A DNA stretch of 57,430 nucleotides, from the NCBI GenBank assembly GCA_036393495.1, contig DASWGY010000137.1:1-57430 (forward strand), in the 5' to 3' direction. The DNA comes from Candidatus Limnocylindrales bacterium. Its GTDB lineage: Bacteria > Chloroflexota > Limnocylindria > Limnocylindrales > CSP1-4. Below the pieces are notes generated by a model. That model was not told the origin of the DNA. It saw only the letters and a program-made list of their open reading frames with translations, and did no database searches. Position 1 is the first letter of the stretch. The number at the start of each line of letters is the position of its first letter. Shown here piece after piece: positions 8,927 to 19,900 of the stretch. Position numbers and translations under genes: made by a program.

Positions 8927-9902
8927 CGGCGACCGTCCAGCGCCACGCCGGCGAGCGAGGACCGCGCCGCCCGCGAGCGCAGCCTGGCTCGAGCTCGCCG
9001 TCGAGGCCGATGTCGAGGCGGTCGAGGCGGTCAGCGAGATCCTGGGCCGCTTCGCACCGGGAGGGTCAAGCGTCGAGCCGGCCTTCCAGCTCGTCGACGA
9101 GGGGCTCGGCGCGGTCGTGGATCCGCACCGACCGGCGATCGTGCGAGCGTACGTGCCCGCCAGGGATCCGGCGGCGGCCGGCCGCGCCGCCCACCAGGCC
9201 GCGACCGCGCTGGGGCACCTCCAGGCATTCGGGCTGCGCCCCATTGGCGAGCTCCGGACGCGGATCGTCGACGAAGCCGACTGGGCCGCCGCCTGGAAGG
9301 TCCACTTCCCGGTCATGCGCGTTGGGCGGCGCCTCGTCATCCGACCGACCTGGCGCCGCCACCGGGCCTCCGGCGATGACGTCGTCATCGCCCTCGATCC
9401 GGGGATGGCTTTCGGGACGGGGCTCCATCCGACGACCCGGCTCTGCCTCGCTGCGCTGGAACGAGCCACCGCAGGAGGCGAGCTCGACGGCGCCCGCGTC
9501 CTCGATGTCGGCTGCGGCTCGGGGATCCTGTCGATCGCCGCCGCTCGTCTCGGCGCCCGCGACGTGACGGGCCTCGACATCGATCCGATCGCGATCGAGG
9601 CCACCCGGGCCAATGCCCGGCGGAACCGGCTCGCCCGCCGGATCCAGGCCCGCGCGGGCTCGCTGCCGAGCGGCGAGCCGGCGTTCGACGTCGTCGTCGC
9701 CAACCTCATCGCGTCCGTCCTCGTGACCCTGGCCGGGCCGCTCGGCGAGGAAGTCCGGCCGGGCGGGCTGCTCATCGCGTCCGGGATCTTCGAGGATCGG
9801 GTGGCCGAGGTCGCCGCCGCGATCGAGGGGGCCGGCCTGGTGGTCGTCGATCGATCCGACGAGGGCGAATGGGTGGCGCTCGCGGCCCGACGACCCGAGT
9901 GA
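8910..9902 (+). CDS. prmA: Ribosomal protein L11 methyltransferase PrmA
   Basis: WLELAVEADVEAVEAVSEIL N-terminal PrmA signature and SAM motif VLDVGCGSGILSIAAARLGA. The dnaJ-prmA order is conserved synteny. The start is uncertain: the in-frame GTG at 8910 overlaps the dnaJ end by 17 nt, and no ATG lies closer. Confidence 0.8.
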   Translation: MTRSADGDRPAPRRRARTAPPASAAWLELAVEADVEAVEAVSEILGRFAPGGSSVEPAFQLVDEGLGAVVDPHRPAIVRAYVPARDPAAAGRAAHQAATALGHLQAFGLRPIGELRTRIVDEADWAAAWKVHFPVMRVGRRLVIRPTWRRHRASGDDVVIALDPGMAFGTGLHPTTRLCLAALERATAGGELDGARVLDVGCGSGILSIAAARLGARDVTGLDIDPIAIEATRANARRNRLARRIQARAGSLPSGEPAFDVVVANLIASVLVTLAGPLGEEVRPGGLLIASGIFEDRVAEVAAAIEGAGLVVVDRSDEGEWVALAARRPE

Positions 9903-9994
9903 ATCCGGATGGTCCGGGTCCGGACCGACCACGGCTGATCGGCCCTGACCCGGCTGCAGGCCCCTCCCGGGAGTGGCCCGTACAATCCCGGTGG

Positions 9995-10456
9995 ATGCCC
10001 GCCACATTCCTCCCCCTGCTCCTCGCCGTGCATGTGGTGCTCGCGATCAGCCTCCTGCTGCCGCAGCTGCTGTTGCCGTTTGCCCTGCGCGCGAAGCGTG
10101 CGACGGTCGACTCGGACAGCCGGGTCATCCGGGGCCTCCTGGCGATGCAGTCGACCGGGACGGTGGTCATCGGCGTCGGGCTGGGGATCACCGGCCTCGG
10201 CCTGGTCGCGATCCTCGGGACGAGCCTGCTCAGCCAGCCCTGGCTCGTCGTCGGGCTGACGATCTACGTCCTCAATCTGGTCCTCGCGTTCTTCGTCCAG
10301 CGGCCGCGTCTCCGGCTCCTGCTCGGAATCCGGGCGGGGGCCGACGATGCCGTGTGGGCCACGCGCGCCAGACGACAGCGCTACGTTTCGTACGTCATGG
10401 CCGGACTCGTCGGGACGATCGGGTTCCTGATGAGCGCCAAGCCGCAGCTGTGGTGA
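9995..10456 (+). CDS. Hypothetical integral membrane protein (about 4 helices)
   Basis: MPATFLPLLLAVHVVLAISLLLPQLLLPF... with four hydrophobic segments. I recognised no family motif. Confidence 0.55.
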   Translation: MPATFLPLLLAVHVVLAISLLLPQLLLPFALRAKRATVDSDSRVIRGLLAMQSTGTVVIGVGLGITGLGLVAILGTSLLSQPWLVVGLTIYVLNLVLAFFVQRPRLRLLLGIRAGADDAVWATRARRQRYVSYVMAGLVGTIGFLMSAKPQLW

Positions 10457-10460
10457 ACCC

Positions 10461-10832
10461 ATGAGCGAGCCCCCGCCCGTCGATCGCGTCGCCGATTGCC
10501 TGTTCTGCCGGATCGTGGCCGGCGAGATCCCCTCGACCAAGGTCCACGAGGACGATGTCGTGGTCGCGATCCGCGACATCGCCCCGCGAGCGCCAACGCA
10601 CATCCTCCTGATGCCGAGCCGCCACGTCGCCTCGGCGGCTGACCTGACGTCGGACGACGGCGACCTGCTGGGCCGGATCTTCGGGACAGCCGCCGACATC
10701 GCCCGGCGCGAGGGCATTGCCGACCGTGGCTACCGGGTGGTCACGAACGTCGGCGCGTGGGGTGGCCAGACGGTCGATCACCTCCACTTCCATCTCATGG
10801 GCGGCCGGGCGTTCGACTGGCCACCGGGATGA
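10461..10832 (+). CDS. HIT-family (histidine triad) nucleotide hydrolase
   Basis: CLFCRIVAGEIP N-terminus and the C-terminal histidine triad HLHFHLMGG. Confidence 0.9.
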   Translation: MSEPPPVDRVADCLFCRIVAGEIPSTKVHEDDVVVAIRDIAPRAPTHILLMPSRHVASAADLTSDDGDLLGRIFGTAADIARREGIADRGYRVVTNVGAWGGQTVDHLHFHLMGGRAFDWPPG

Positions 10833-11458
10833 CCGACGAGCTGCCGCCCCGGCCGGTGGATCCGGGTCGGCGAGCCGGGGTCACCGCGGACCCCGCACCG
10901 GAGCGGACCTCGGCGAATCGCCGGGCGATCGTCCTCACGCTAGTCGTGGTGCTCGCCGTCCTCGTCCTGGGGGCCCTCGCCGGTGGCTCGAACCTGCCCG
11001 GCGGGGCGACGTTCCCGCCGGCCGGCGCGACCGCGGGCCAGGCGGGCAGCGCCGCGGCCGTGACCCGGGGCGAGGTCGCCCGGGCCCTCGCCGCGAGCGG
11101 TCTCCAGCTCGAGGACGCGACGACGACCTACCGGCCGGCCGAGGCACCGGCGTTCGCGACGGCCCCCCGGATCGTCGTCCGGGCGATCCTGCCCGACGAT
11201 CCGGGCCATGGCCTGCTGCTCATCTACGAGTTCCTCGACCAGGCCACCGCCGTCGCGGCCGCCGAAGCCCAGGCCGCCTACGTCGGAGGCGGTGTCGGCC
11301 GAGTCCAGTTCCCGAACGACACCCGCTTCGTGATCCGGGTCCTGGGCTCGACCGCCGTGTTCTACGCCTGGTCGCCACCGACCTCGACCGATCGCCGGGC
11401 GCTGGCGATCGAAGCCGCGCTCGAGACCCTCGGGATCGGGGTGCCCGTCCCGGGCTGA
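10829..11458 (+). CDS. Hypothetical membrane-anchored protein
   Basis: ATG at 10829 overlaps the HIT stop (ATGA). A single N-terminal helix IVLTLVVVLAVLVLGALAGG is followed by an Ala-rich soluble domain. No recognisable family. Confidence 0.5.
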   Translation: MTDELPPRPVDPGRRAGVTADPAPERTSANRRAIVLTLVVVLAVLVLGALAGGSNLPGGATFPPAGATAGQAGSAAAVTRGEVARALAASGLQLEDATTTYRPAEAPAFATAPRIVVRAILPDDPGHGLLLIYEFLDQATAVAAAEAQAAYVGGGVGRVQFPNDTRFVIRVLGSTAVFYAWSPPTSTDRRALAIEAALETLGIGVPVPG

Positions 11459-11561
11459 GCGCTTCCGGGATCCGGCCGCTACCGACGGCCTAACGCCCGG
11501 CAGGTTTCGGTCCGGCTGGAACCGCGGCACCACCCGCCCGCGCCGCACCACCGGAACACCG

Positions 11562-12320
11562 TCAACCGATGAGCGCGGTCTCCTGGGCCACCCCAACCGA
11601 GTCGTCGGCTCGCGCGTCGGCTCGCGACGGCGGCTCCACGTCGAGCAGGTAGCCGATTCCCTGGAAGGTCCGGATCCGGCCCGGCTCGCCGGGCGCGGCC
11701 CCGAGCTTGCGGCGGACGCGGCTGACCCACACGCGCAGGTACTGGAGATCGTCGCGGTACTCGGGGCCCCAGACCTTGGTCAGCAGCTCGGTGTGGAGCA
11801 CGACCTTGCCGGCATTCGCGGCGAGGTGCTGGAGGAGGAGCCACTCGGTTCGCGACAGCTGAACGAGCTCGCCGCCGCGGGTGACCATCCGCCGCTCGAG
11901 ATCGATCTCGACGTCGTCGAAGCGGAGCACCCCGGCGCCCGGTTCGGCCCCACCGGCGCGGCGGATGACCGCGCGGACGCGGGCCGCCAGCTCGTCAGGG
12001 TGGAAGGGCTTGGCGATGTAGTCGTCGGCCCCCAGGTCCAGGCCCTTGGCCTTGTCGGCCGTCGAACCCTTGGCCGTCAGGAGGATGACCGGCACCGGCC
12101 GGCGCTCGCGGAGCTGGCGCATGACCTCGATCCCGTCGAGATCGGGCATGACGATGTCGAGGAGGACGATGTCCGGGCGGACCTCCTCGGCCTTGGCCAG
12201 GGCCGCTTCACCGCCGTCGGCGGTCACGACCCGAAACCCTTCCTCGGCGAGGGCGATCGCGACGAGCTTCGTGATCCGGGGCTCGTCGTCGGCCACGAGC
12301 ACAAGCGGCTGTGTCGACAT
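11562..12320 (-). CDS. OmpR/PhoB-family response regulator (KdpE-like effector domain)
   Basis: Receiver domain LVLVADDEPRI...DIVLLDIVMPDLDG...LTAKG, plus a winged-helix domain (LLQHLAANAGKVVLHTELLTKVWGPEY...LRVWVSRVRRKLG). ATG at 12320 is preceded by GAGGAGG. Confidence 0.9.
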   Translation of the reverse strand: MSTQPLVLVADDEPRITKLVAIALAEEGFRVVTADGGEAALAKAEEVRPDIVLLDIVMPDLDGIEVMRQLRERRPVPVILLTAKGSTADKAKGLDLGADDYIAKPFHPDELAARVRAVIRRAGGAEPGAGVLRFDDVEIDLERRMVTRGGELVQLSRTEWLLLQHLAANAGKVVLHTELLTKVWGPEYRDDLQYLRVWVSRVRRKLGAAPGEPGRIRTFQGIGYLLDVEPPSRADARADDSVGVAQETALIG

Positions 12321-12643
12321 GACGCCTCCTCGATGCAATCTCGATTCAGGTCTCGCCCCGACACGTGCCGCGCTCGCTTCACGCGAACCCGGCTCCGGGA
12401 CGCACTCGGCATTGTCTCCCCGATCGGCTGCCGGCAGGGGAAACGTCGACATTGCAGCGGCCTTGCAGACGCATGACAGCCGCTGTCCGCCTGGCGACGA
12501 CGGGCGAAACGCACGGCAAAGCGGCAGAGAAGCGGGTCGTGATGCCGGCTAGAGGCCGATTCGGGGCATGATGAGGTCGACCGGACGGGCGGGGCCCTAG
12601 CCTCTGGTCGTCGCGGTCGCCGATGCTGCCATTGCTGCGGTCG

Positions 12644-12649
12644 TATCGT
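12644..12649 (+). promoter_or_regulatory. -10-like TATCGT box upstream of the GT4 gene
   Basis: TATCGT, then 22 nt including GGGAG, then ATG at 12672. Confidence 0.35.
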
Positions 12650-12671
12650 CCGATCGTGGGAGTCAGGTGTC

Positions 12672-13943
12672 ATGTCCGAGACGTACGTTCAGCGGCCCCT
12701 CCGCATCGCCCAGGTGGCCCCGCCGCTCGAGCGGGTGCCACCGGCGGCCTATGGCGGCACCGAGCGAGTCGTCCACGAGCTGACCGAGGAGCTGGTCAGG
12801 CGTGGCCACGACGTCACGGTCTTTGCCAGCGCCGACTCGACCGTGCCCTGCCGGCTCGTGCCGACCGTCCAGCGGGCCCTCTGGCCGAGCGGCTTCACCG
12901 GCGATCCGAGCCCGGCCTTCCTCGAGACGATGGACGCCGTCTTCGCGCGCGATGGCGAGTTCGACGTGATCCACAGTCATCTCGAGTGGTGGAGCCTGGC
13001 CCTGGCCCGCAGCCTCCGAAGCCCGTTCATTGCGACCTTCCACGGCCGGCTCGACGTCCCCTGGTCGCGCCGCCTCCTGGCTCGCCGCCCGTCGGGGCTG
13101 GTGGCGATCAGCCGGAGCCAGGCGTCGGTCCATCCGGAGGTCGACTGGACCGTCATCCACAACGGCCTGTCGCTTGACCGGATGCCCGTCGCCGTGCCTC
13201 GGGGCGACGGCCTCTGCTTCGTCGGGAGAATCGACGCGGAGAAGGGGATCCTCGAGGCCATCGAGATCGCGACGCTGACCGGACGACCGCTGCGGATCGC
13301 GGCCAGGATCGGATCTCGGCCCGACGAGCGCGCCTACTACCAGGACGTCTTCAAGCCGGCCATCGAGCGCGCTGGACGGGCCGTCGAGTACCTTGGGGAG
13401 CTTGCGACGGATGACCGGAACCGGCTCTACGCGGAGAGCTACGCGGCCCTCATGCCGGGTGCGTGGCCGGAGCCGTTCGGGCTCGTCGCGATCGAGGCCC
13501 TCGCCTGTGGGACGCCGCTCCTCGCGCGCCGGGTCGGCGCCCTGCCCGAGATCGTCACCGACGGGATCGACGGCTTCTTCGGCGACGACGCCGCCCACCT
13601 CGCCTTCCTGGCCGACCGGGTCACCGACCTCGATCGGGCGGCGATCCGGCGCCGGGTGATCACGCGCTTCTCGGCGGCCCGGATGGGCGATGCCTACGAG
13701 GCGCTCTACGACCGGCTTGTCGATCCTCGGGCGACCGCGATCACGACCGCGGGCGGCGGGCGCCGCGATCGACACATGGCCCCCGAGATAGTGACACCCG
13801 CCAACCGGATCGTCACCCCGGCGTCGGCACGGGCTGGCCGGCACCTCGAGGAACGGCCGGTCACGGGGCGCCTCGTCCCGGTTGGACCCGGAACGAACTC
13901 ACCCGTGCGGTCGGCGTCGTCGAGTCAGCGCCAGCGCGACTGA
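12672..13943 (+). CDS. Glycosyltransferase family 4 (GT-B fold)
   Basis: RIAQVAPP...YGGTERVVHELTEELVRRGHDVTVF N-terminus and the EPFGLVAIEALACGTPLLA retaining-GT motif. The C-terminal ~70 aa are low-complexity, so the true stop or functional end is uncertain. Confidence 0.8.
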   Translation: MSETYVQRPLRIAQVAPPLERVPPAAYGGTERVVHELTEELVRRGHDVTVFASADSTVPCRLVPTVQRALWPSGFTGDPSPAFLETMDAVFARDGEFDVIHSHLEWWSLALARSLRSPFIATFHGRLDVPWSRRLLARRPSGLVAISRSQASVHPEVDWTVIHNGLSLDRMPVAVPRGDGLCFVGRIDAEKGILEAIEIATLTGRPLRIAARIGSRPDERAYYQDVFKPAIERAGRAVEYLGELATDDRNRLYAESYAALMPGAWPEPFGLVAIEALACGTPLLARRVGALPEIVTDGIDGFFGDDAAHLAFLADRVTDLDRAAIRRRVITRFSAARMGDAYEALYDRLVDPRATAITTAGGGRRDRHMAPEIVTPANRIVTPASARAGRHLEERPVTGRLVPVGPGTNSPVRSASSSQRQRD

Positions 13944-14320
13944 CACACTTCCGATACCGCGGAGCGCGTCCCGCCGTAGGGCGCGCAAGCGCGGCCGCGG
14001 CACCGTCGATTGGCTGGCGGGGTTCCGGCCGCCCAGGGGGTTCGATGACGTCGTTCCCGCTGCGGCGGGGGGCCGTGCGCCGACCGCCGAGGTCGAAGGT
14101 TCGGGCCCCGTCAGCCGCCCCACGCAGGGCGCAACCGCCCGGATGATGGCGGTTGGAAGGGCGGGATCGGCGCGGCCGATCCCGGGGGAAGAGGCGACGA
14201 GGGAATCGCCGCATCCGCATCGTCGGGCCTCGGCCGCGTGGCCGGCATGTCCAGCCTGGCGTTCGGTGTTGCAGGCGCCTATCGAACGGCGACCCGGCCG
14301 CATCGTCGCGGGTCAGACAG

Positions 14321-14375
14321 GTGGACACCGTGCCGGGAGGGATCGCGGACCTTGTGGACACGGTGCGAGGAGGGA
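14321..14375. repeat. Two copies of a 22-nt direct repeat, 33-bp period
   Basis: GTGGACACCGTGCCGGGAGGGA (14321-14342) and GTGGACACGGTGCGAGGAGGGA (14354-14375) match at 19 of 22 positions. They sit in a 504-nt unassigned spacer between convergent genes. Confidence 0.7.
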
Positions 14376-14447
14376 GGCATCGGGCCGACAACGGCATCGC
14401 GATCACCCGTAACAACTGCCTTCCGCCAGCGTCACGCCAGGGCCCCG

Positions 14448-16766
14448 TCAGACGCGGATCACCACGTCCAGGCTGCCGCTGCGGCGAAGCACCTCCACGC
14501 TCGTCGCTCCACGCCAGCGATGGAACAGCAGGTCGACCGTCTGCCCGCCGACGTGGAGGTGCTCGATGGTGACCCGGCCGAGCCAGGTCGGCAGGTGAGG
14601 CCGATCGAGCTCGAGCGTCCCGTCGATGGCCCGCGCCCGCATGCCGAGCATCGTCTGAAGCAACGAGAGCGGGGCCGCCGCCGCCCAGGCCTGGGGCGAG
14701 CAGGCCACCGGGTAGGGGACCGGGACCGCAGCCGAGTCACGGCTGAAGCCGCAGAAGAGCTCCGGCAGCCGGAAGCCCGGCGACTGGCGAGCGGCTTCGA
14801 AGATCCGGGTCGCGATCCGGTTCGCGTCGTCGTGCCGGCCCGACCGCTTGAGGCCAGCCGCCGCGATGGCGTTGTCGTGGGGCCAGATGCTGCCGGTGTG
14901 ATAGCCGATCGGGTTGAAGCCGGGCTGGCCCGCGGCATACGTCCGAACGCCCCAGCCGGAGTCGAGCTCGTCGCTCTGGAGTCGCGCGGCGATCGATGCG
15001 ACTCGATCATCCGGCACGATCCCGCTCCAGAGGCAGTGGGCCGGGTTCGAGGTGATCGAGCCGACTGGCCGCTTGTCGGCATCGAGGGCGACGGCGTAGT
15101 AGGCCTGGTCCGGCATCCAGAACGCGGCGTCGAAGCGCTGGCGAAGGTCGGCCGCCTCGGCCTCGAGGCGATCGGCGAGGTCATCCTTGGCCAGGAGCCG
15201 TGCGAGCTCCGCCACCCGGAGCTTCGCATCGTAGACGTAGCCCTGGACCTCAACGAGGGCGATCGGTGGTCGGGCGATCGCGCCATCCCGATGACGGATC
15301 GCGTCGCCGGAGTCTTTCCAGCCCTGGTTGAACAGGCCGTCCTTCGCCCCGCGGGCGTACTCCACGAACCCGTCCCCATCCCGGTCCCCGTCGCCGTCGA
15401 TCCAGGCCAGCGCCGCCATCACATTGGGCCACAGCTCCCGGACGAGGGCCAGGTCGCCCGTCCAGCGGCACGTCTCACCGAGGAGGATCAGCCACAGCGG
15501 CGTGGCGTCGACGGAGCCGTAGTAGGGCCGGTGCGGGATCTCCCCGGTCCGGACCATCTCGCCCCAGCGGAGCTCGTGGAGGATCTTGCCCGGTGCCATG
15601 TCCCGGCTCGGGTCGTGCTCGGTGGCCTGCCACGCGGCCAGGATCCGGAGCGTGTCGTAGGCCAAGCCCGGCAGGAACGGCAGCGCCTCGAGCGCGGTGA
15701 TGATCGTGTCGCGACCGAACAGCGTGGTGAACCAGGGGATGCCCGCCGCAACGTAGCGGATGCCGGTCTCCGGGCCCTCGTTCATGAGCAATCGCAGGTC
15801 GGCCACGGAGCGATGGATCGCGAGGTCGAGGAGCTCGCCGTCAGAGTCGACGCGCGTCGCGTCCGCGGACCAGGTCCGGTACTCGGCGGCCGCCACCTCG
15901 GGCGCCGCGACCGGGGCCGAGGTCGGCGTCATGGCGTGGGCCGGGTGATTGGCGGCGTCCTCGAGCATCGACGCCGGATCGGCCTCGGCAGCGTCGACCG
16001 GCTGGAGGTCGGTCCACAGCCGCCATTCGACGTCGATCCGGCCGCCCGCCTTCAGGGTCGCCCGCCAGCGGAGCCGAACCGAGCCCTCGCCGCCCTCGCC
16101 GAGCGCTCGACCCGCATCCGTCAGGTCGGCCCGGGCCGTGACCTCGGCCGGGCTGAACGCCAGGCACGAGCGGCGAATGTGGGCGTCTCGGCCGATGTAC
16201 GAGAAGACCAGGCTTCGATCGGTCGCGGCGGTATCGAGGAATCGCCCCCGACCCGTGCGCGCCATGCCACGGACCTCGAAGATGTCGGCGGCGTCCACGT
16301 CCAGCTCGAGGTCCAGGACGAGCGCCTGCTCCTCGGGGCTGTAGTTCGTGACCGTGATCCGCTCGGCGAGGCCGTCCCCGATCCAGCGCCGCCGGACGAT
16401 CGACAGCGAGCGTCGGGCGACGGCCTCGCTCTGCTTGTCGTCCCGGTTGCGGAGGAATTCGGGGTTCGTCAGCTGGATGACGCCCTCGTGATTCCCCGAC
16501 ATCTCCGATCGCAGGAGGGTCGGGCGGAGGCCGTTCAGCCGCAGGATGGCGCAGGACAGGACCCGGGTGTCGAGATCGTACAGACCCAGTCCGCGCCCGT
16601 CGGGATGGATGTCGCCGAAGTTGTCCGCGAGCAGGTACAGGTTGCCGTGCTTGAGCACCGTGACGCCGCCGAGATCCGTCGCCGGATGGATCGTCGGAGT
16701 CGGTGCCGGCAGCCAGCGGAGGCCGGTCCCGGGGGTGCCCGGCCGATCGGCGGTTGGGCTGGTCAC
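14448..16766 (-). CDS. Amylo-alpha-1,6-glucosidase / glycogen-debranching-enzyme-like protein (GDE N-terminal + GDE_C domains)
   Basis: N-terminal VLKHGNLYLLADNFGDIHPDG, central FGRDTIITALEALP and GKILHELRWGE, C-terminal HTGSIWPHDN and CSPQAWAAAAPL, which are six-hairpin glycosidase signatures. GTG start. Confidence 0.8.
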   Translation of the reverse strand: MTSPTADRPGTPGTGLRWLPAPTPTIHPATDLGGVTVLKHGNLYLLADNFGDIHPDGRGLGLYDLDTRVLSCAILRLNGLRPTLLRSEMSGNHEGVIQLTNPEFLRNRDDKQSEAVARRSLSIVRRRWIGDGLAERITVTNYSPEEQALVLDLELDVDAADIFEVRGMARTGRGRFLDTAATDRSLVFSYIGRDAHIRRSCLAFSPAEVTARADLTDAGRALGEGGEGSVRLRWRATLKAGGRIDVEWRLWTDLQPVDAAEADPASMLEDAANHPAHAMTPTSAPVAAPEVAAAEYRTWSADATRVDSDGELLDLAIHRSVADLRLLMNEGPETGIRYVAAGIPWFTTLFGRDTIITALEALPFLPGLAYDTLRILAAWQATEHDPSRDMAPGKILHELRWGEMVRTGEIPHRPYYGSVDATPLWLILLGETCRWTGDLALVRELWPNVMAALAWIDGDGDRDGDGFVEYARGAKDGLFNQGWKDSGDAIRHRDGAIARPPIALVEVQGYVYDAKLRVAELARLLAKDDLADRLEAEAADLRQRFDAAFWMPDQAYYAVALDADKRPVGSITSNPAHCLWSGIVPDDRVASIAARLQSDELDSGWGVRTYAAGQPGFNPIGYHTGSIWPHDNAIAAAGLKRSGRHDDANRIATRIFEAARQSPGFRLPELFCGFSRDSAAVPVPYPVACSPQAWAAAAPLSLLQTMLGMRARAIDGTLELDRPHLPTWLGRVTIEHLHVGGQTVDLLFHRWRGATSVEVLRRSGSLDVVIRV

Positions 16767-16938
16767 GGGCCTGATTGTCGCCCGGATCGCGCTCTGCTGC
16801 CGACCGCGGTGCCGTTCCCTGCGACGGGCGGACTTCGTCCGTGTGATTCCGGCGCAAGGGATCGTTGCGGGTCCGCAATCGACCGCGATCGACCGGCTGG
16901 GCTACGATCGCCCGGGTCGAACCACCACCGGTGAGGCC

Positions 16939-19900
16939 ATGAGCACGATCGGCGACATCGAGCAACCGAAGGCGACGAGCGCTGCTGAGCCCTTCCGGGT
17001 CGAGCGGCTGCCCGAGGTGGTCAACGCGGTCTCCGACCCGATCACGGTCCAGGGCGCCGACGGCCGAATCGTCTTTGCCAACCTCGCCGCCGCGCGAGCC
17101 CTGGGGGTCGATTCTCCGGCCGAGCTGCTCACCGACGGATCCGCGATCAGTGGCCGCTTCGAGCTGTTCGACGAGCTCGGCCACCCGCTCGGGCCCGACG
17201 AGCTGCCGGGCCGCCGGGCGCTCCGGACCGGCCTGCCCCAGTCGCTGACGATCCGGCACCGCGAGCGCGCCACGGGTCGGGAGCGCTGGTCAGCGGTCGC
17301 CGCGGTGCCGCTTCTCGACGCCGACGGCCGGGCCGAGTTTGCCGTCAACTTCGCCCACGACGTCAGCGAGTCGAAGTTCCTCGAGGAGGCCCTCCGAGTC
17401 AGCGAGGCGCGAGCCAGGCTCCTCGCCGACGCGACCCGTGACCTGGACGAGTCGCTCGACCTCGATCGGACCGTGGCGACGGCGATGGCCCTGGCGGTGC
17501 CCCATCTCGCGGACTGGGCGACGCTCGATCTCGTCCTGCCCGACGGGACCCTGAACCGGGTCGCGGTCGACGCGGCGGACCCGCGAATGGCCGAGGTCGC
17601 CGACCGCCTCTGGGCCTTCACGGTCGAACCGGGGACCGGTCGCGCGGGCGACCGCGCCATCGCCGAGCGGCGACCCGTCATCGTCGGTCCCGACATCGCC
17701 GGGCTCGAGGACGATCCGGCCCGGCCCGAGCTCATCGAGACGATCCAGCGGCTGCGAACGACGAGCGCCATGGCCGTGCCGCTCATCGCCCGCGGAAGCG
17801 TCGAGGGGGTCCTGTTTCTCGCGGCGTCGGACGAGTCGCGGCGCTACGAGGCGTCGGATTCGCTCTACGCCATGGAGCTCGCCCGGCGGATCGCCCTCGC
17901 CGTCGGCAACGCCCGGCTGTACTCGGCAGAGCAGACGGCCCGCGTGGCCGCCGAGGACGCGGCCGAGCGAGCCGAGCGCCTGCTCCTGGACCTCGAGAGT
18001 CAGGGCAATCGATTCGAGACGATCATCCGCAACCTGCCCAATGGCGTCGTCGTCGCCGAGGCGCCCTCCGGCCGGATCCTCATCGTGAACGAGGCTGTCG
18101 ATCGGATCCTGGGCCCCGGTCCGACCGAGTGGACTGCCCACGGGGATCGGGCGATCGAGGGCCACCGACCCGACGGGAGCCGGCTGGCGGCCGACGACTG
18201 GCCACTGGCCCGGACGATCCGGACCGGCGAGCCGGTCGCGGAAGAGCGACTCCGGGTCGCCCGGGCCGACGGCACCGAGGTCTGGCTTGCCGCGCGCTCG
18301 GCGCCGATCACCGACGCGGACGGGCGGTTGACCGCCGGCGTGCTCGTGTTCGGGGATGTCACCGCCAGGCACCGCCAGCAGGTTCGGACGGAGTTCCTGG
18401 CGGAAGCCGGAGCCACCCTGGCCTCGTCCCTGGACTACGAGGAGACGATCGCCGCGGTCGCAAGGTCGGCCGTGCCGTCACTTGCGGACTGGAGCGCGGT
18501 CGACATCCTCGATGACCGTGGCGAGCTCCACGCGCTCGCCCTGGTCCACTCCGACCCGAACCGGGTCGCCCAGGTCGAGGCCCTCCGGGGGCGCCTCGAG
18601 TCGAGGGGCGTCCCGTCCCTGTCGGCGCGAGTGGTCCGGACCCTCCGGCCAGAGATCGTCAGCCTGTCGCCGAGCTCCATCGAGGCCGCGCTCAACGAGC
18701 TGCCGGCGGACGCTCTCGATCCGGACGATTCCGATGTCGTGCGAGCCTTCGCCGGCACGTCGATTGTGTGCGTCCCGCTCCTCGCCACGGGGCGTCCGGT
18801 CGGCACGCTCACCTTCGCGGCGTCGGGCGCGGTGAATCACCTTTCCGAGGACGACCTGCCGTTCGCCCAGGAGCTGGCCTCCCGGGCGGCCGCCGCGATC
18901 GAGACGGCCCGCCTGTTCCGCGACGCGGCGCGGTTCCGGATGATCCTCGATGCCGTTCGAGACGGCGTGACGCTGATCGACCCGAGCACGCTCCGCGTGG
19001 TGTATGCGAACGATGCCGTCCTCGACCAGCTGGGTCGGTCGCGCGGCGAGGTCGTCGGAGGGATGACCCCGGAATGGACCGAGGGATTGACTCGCGACCA
19101 GCTGGTCGACTTCGTCGCCCCACTGCTGAGCGGCGCCGAGCCCTCCCGGATCCTCGACGTCGTCCGGATCCGGCCAGATGGGACCCGGGTCCCGGTCGAG
19201 GTCAGCTGGCAGCGAGTCGAGCTGCCCGGGGTCGGGCCCCAGCTCATCGCGATCAGCCGGAACATCAGGGAGCGGATCGAGACCGAGCAGCGGCTGACCC
19301 AGCTGGCGAGGGCCGAGCATTCCCGGGCGGCCGAGCTCAACGCCATCATCGGCGCGATCGGTGAGGGTCTCATCGTCCTCGACGCGATGGGCCGCGTCAG
19401 CCTGGCGAATCCGACCGCGAGGTCGATCATCCAGCCGCTCGAGGAGTGGACCCTCGACGCCATCCTGGCGCGGTTCGAGGACCCCGACGACATCGGCCGC
19501 GCGGCCTTCACGACGCCCGGGGAGACCGTGACCCTGCGACGTACAGGCCCGGCCCGGCAATGGGTCGAGATCCGGAGCTACGCTGTCGAGAGCGATTCGC
19601 CGTCCGAGCGCGAGCACATCGTCGTGCTCCGTGACGTGACGGCCCTCCGGGAGCGCGAGGCCGTGCGCGACGCATTCGTCGGGATCCTGTCGCACGAGCT
19701 CCGGACGCCGGTCACCACGATCTACGCCGGGGCCAAGGTGCTCGCCCGCGAGGGTGGCGACCTGGACGCGGAGGCCCGCCGCGGGATCTTCGACGACATC
19801 CATCTGGAAGCCGAGCGGCTGCACCGCCTCGTCGAGGATGTCGTGGCCCTGACGAGGTTCGGGGAGGGCGCCCTCGAGATCGGCAGCGAGCCGGTGCTCC

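Noticed and set aside
8150-10717. 855-aa minus-strand ORF, one of the longest in the track
   Set aside because: It is antisense to dnaJ, prmA, the membrane protein and the HIT gene. The translation is Arg/Pro/Ala/Gly-rich low complexity with no motifs, which is typical of a stop-poor antisense frame in GC-rich DNA.
11562-12320. Calling the response regulator KdpE
   Set aside because: The effector-domain similarity is generic OmpR/KdpE-like. There are no kdpFABC or kdpD genes in the window, and the nearby kinase lacks the KdpD N-terminal and membrane domains.
14238-16934. 898-aa plus-strand ORF
   Set aside because: It is antisense to the clearly recognisable GDE-type glucosidase gene and has artefact-like composition.
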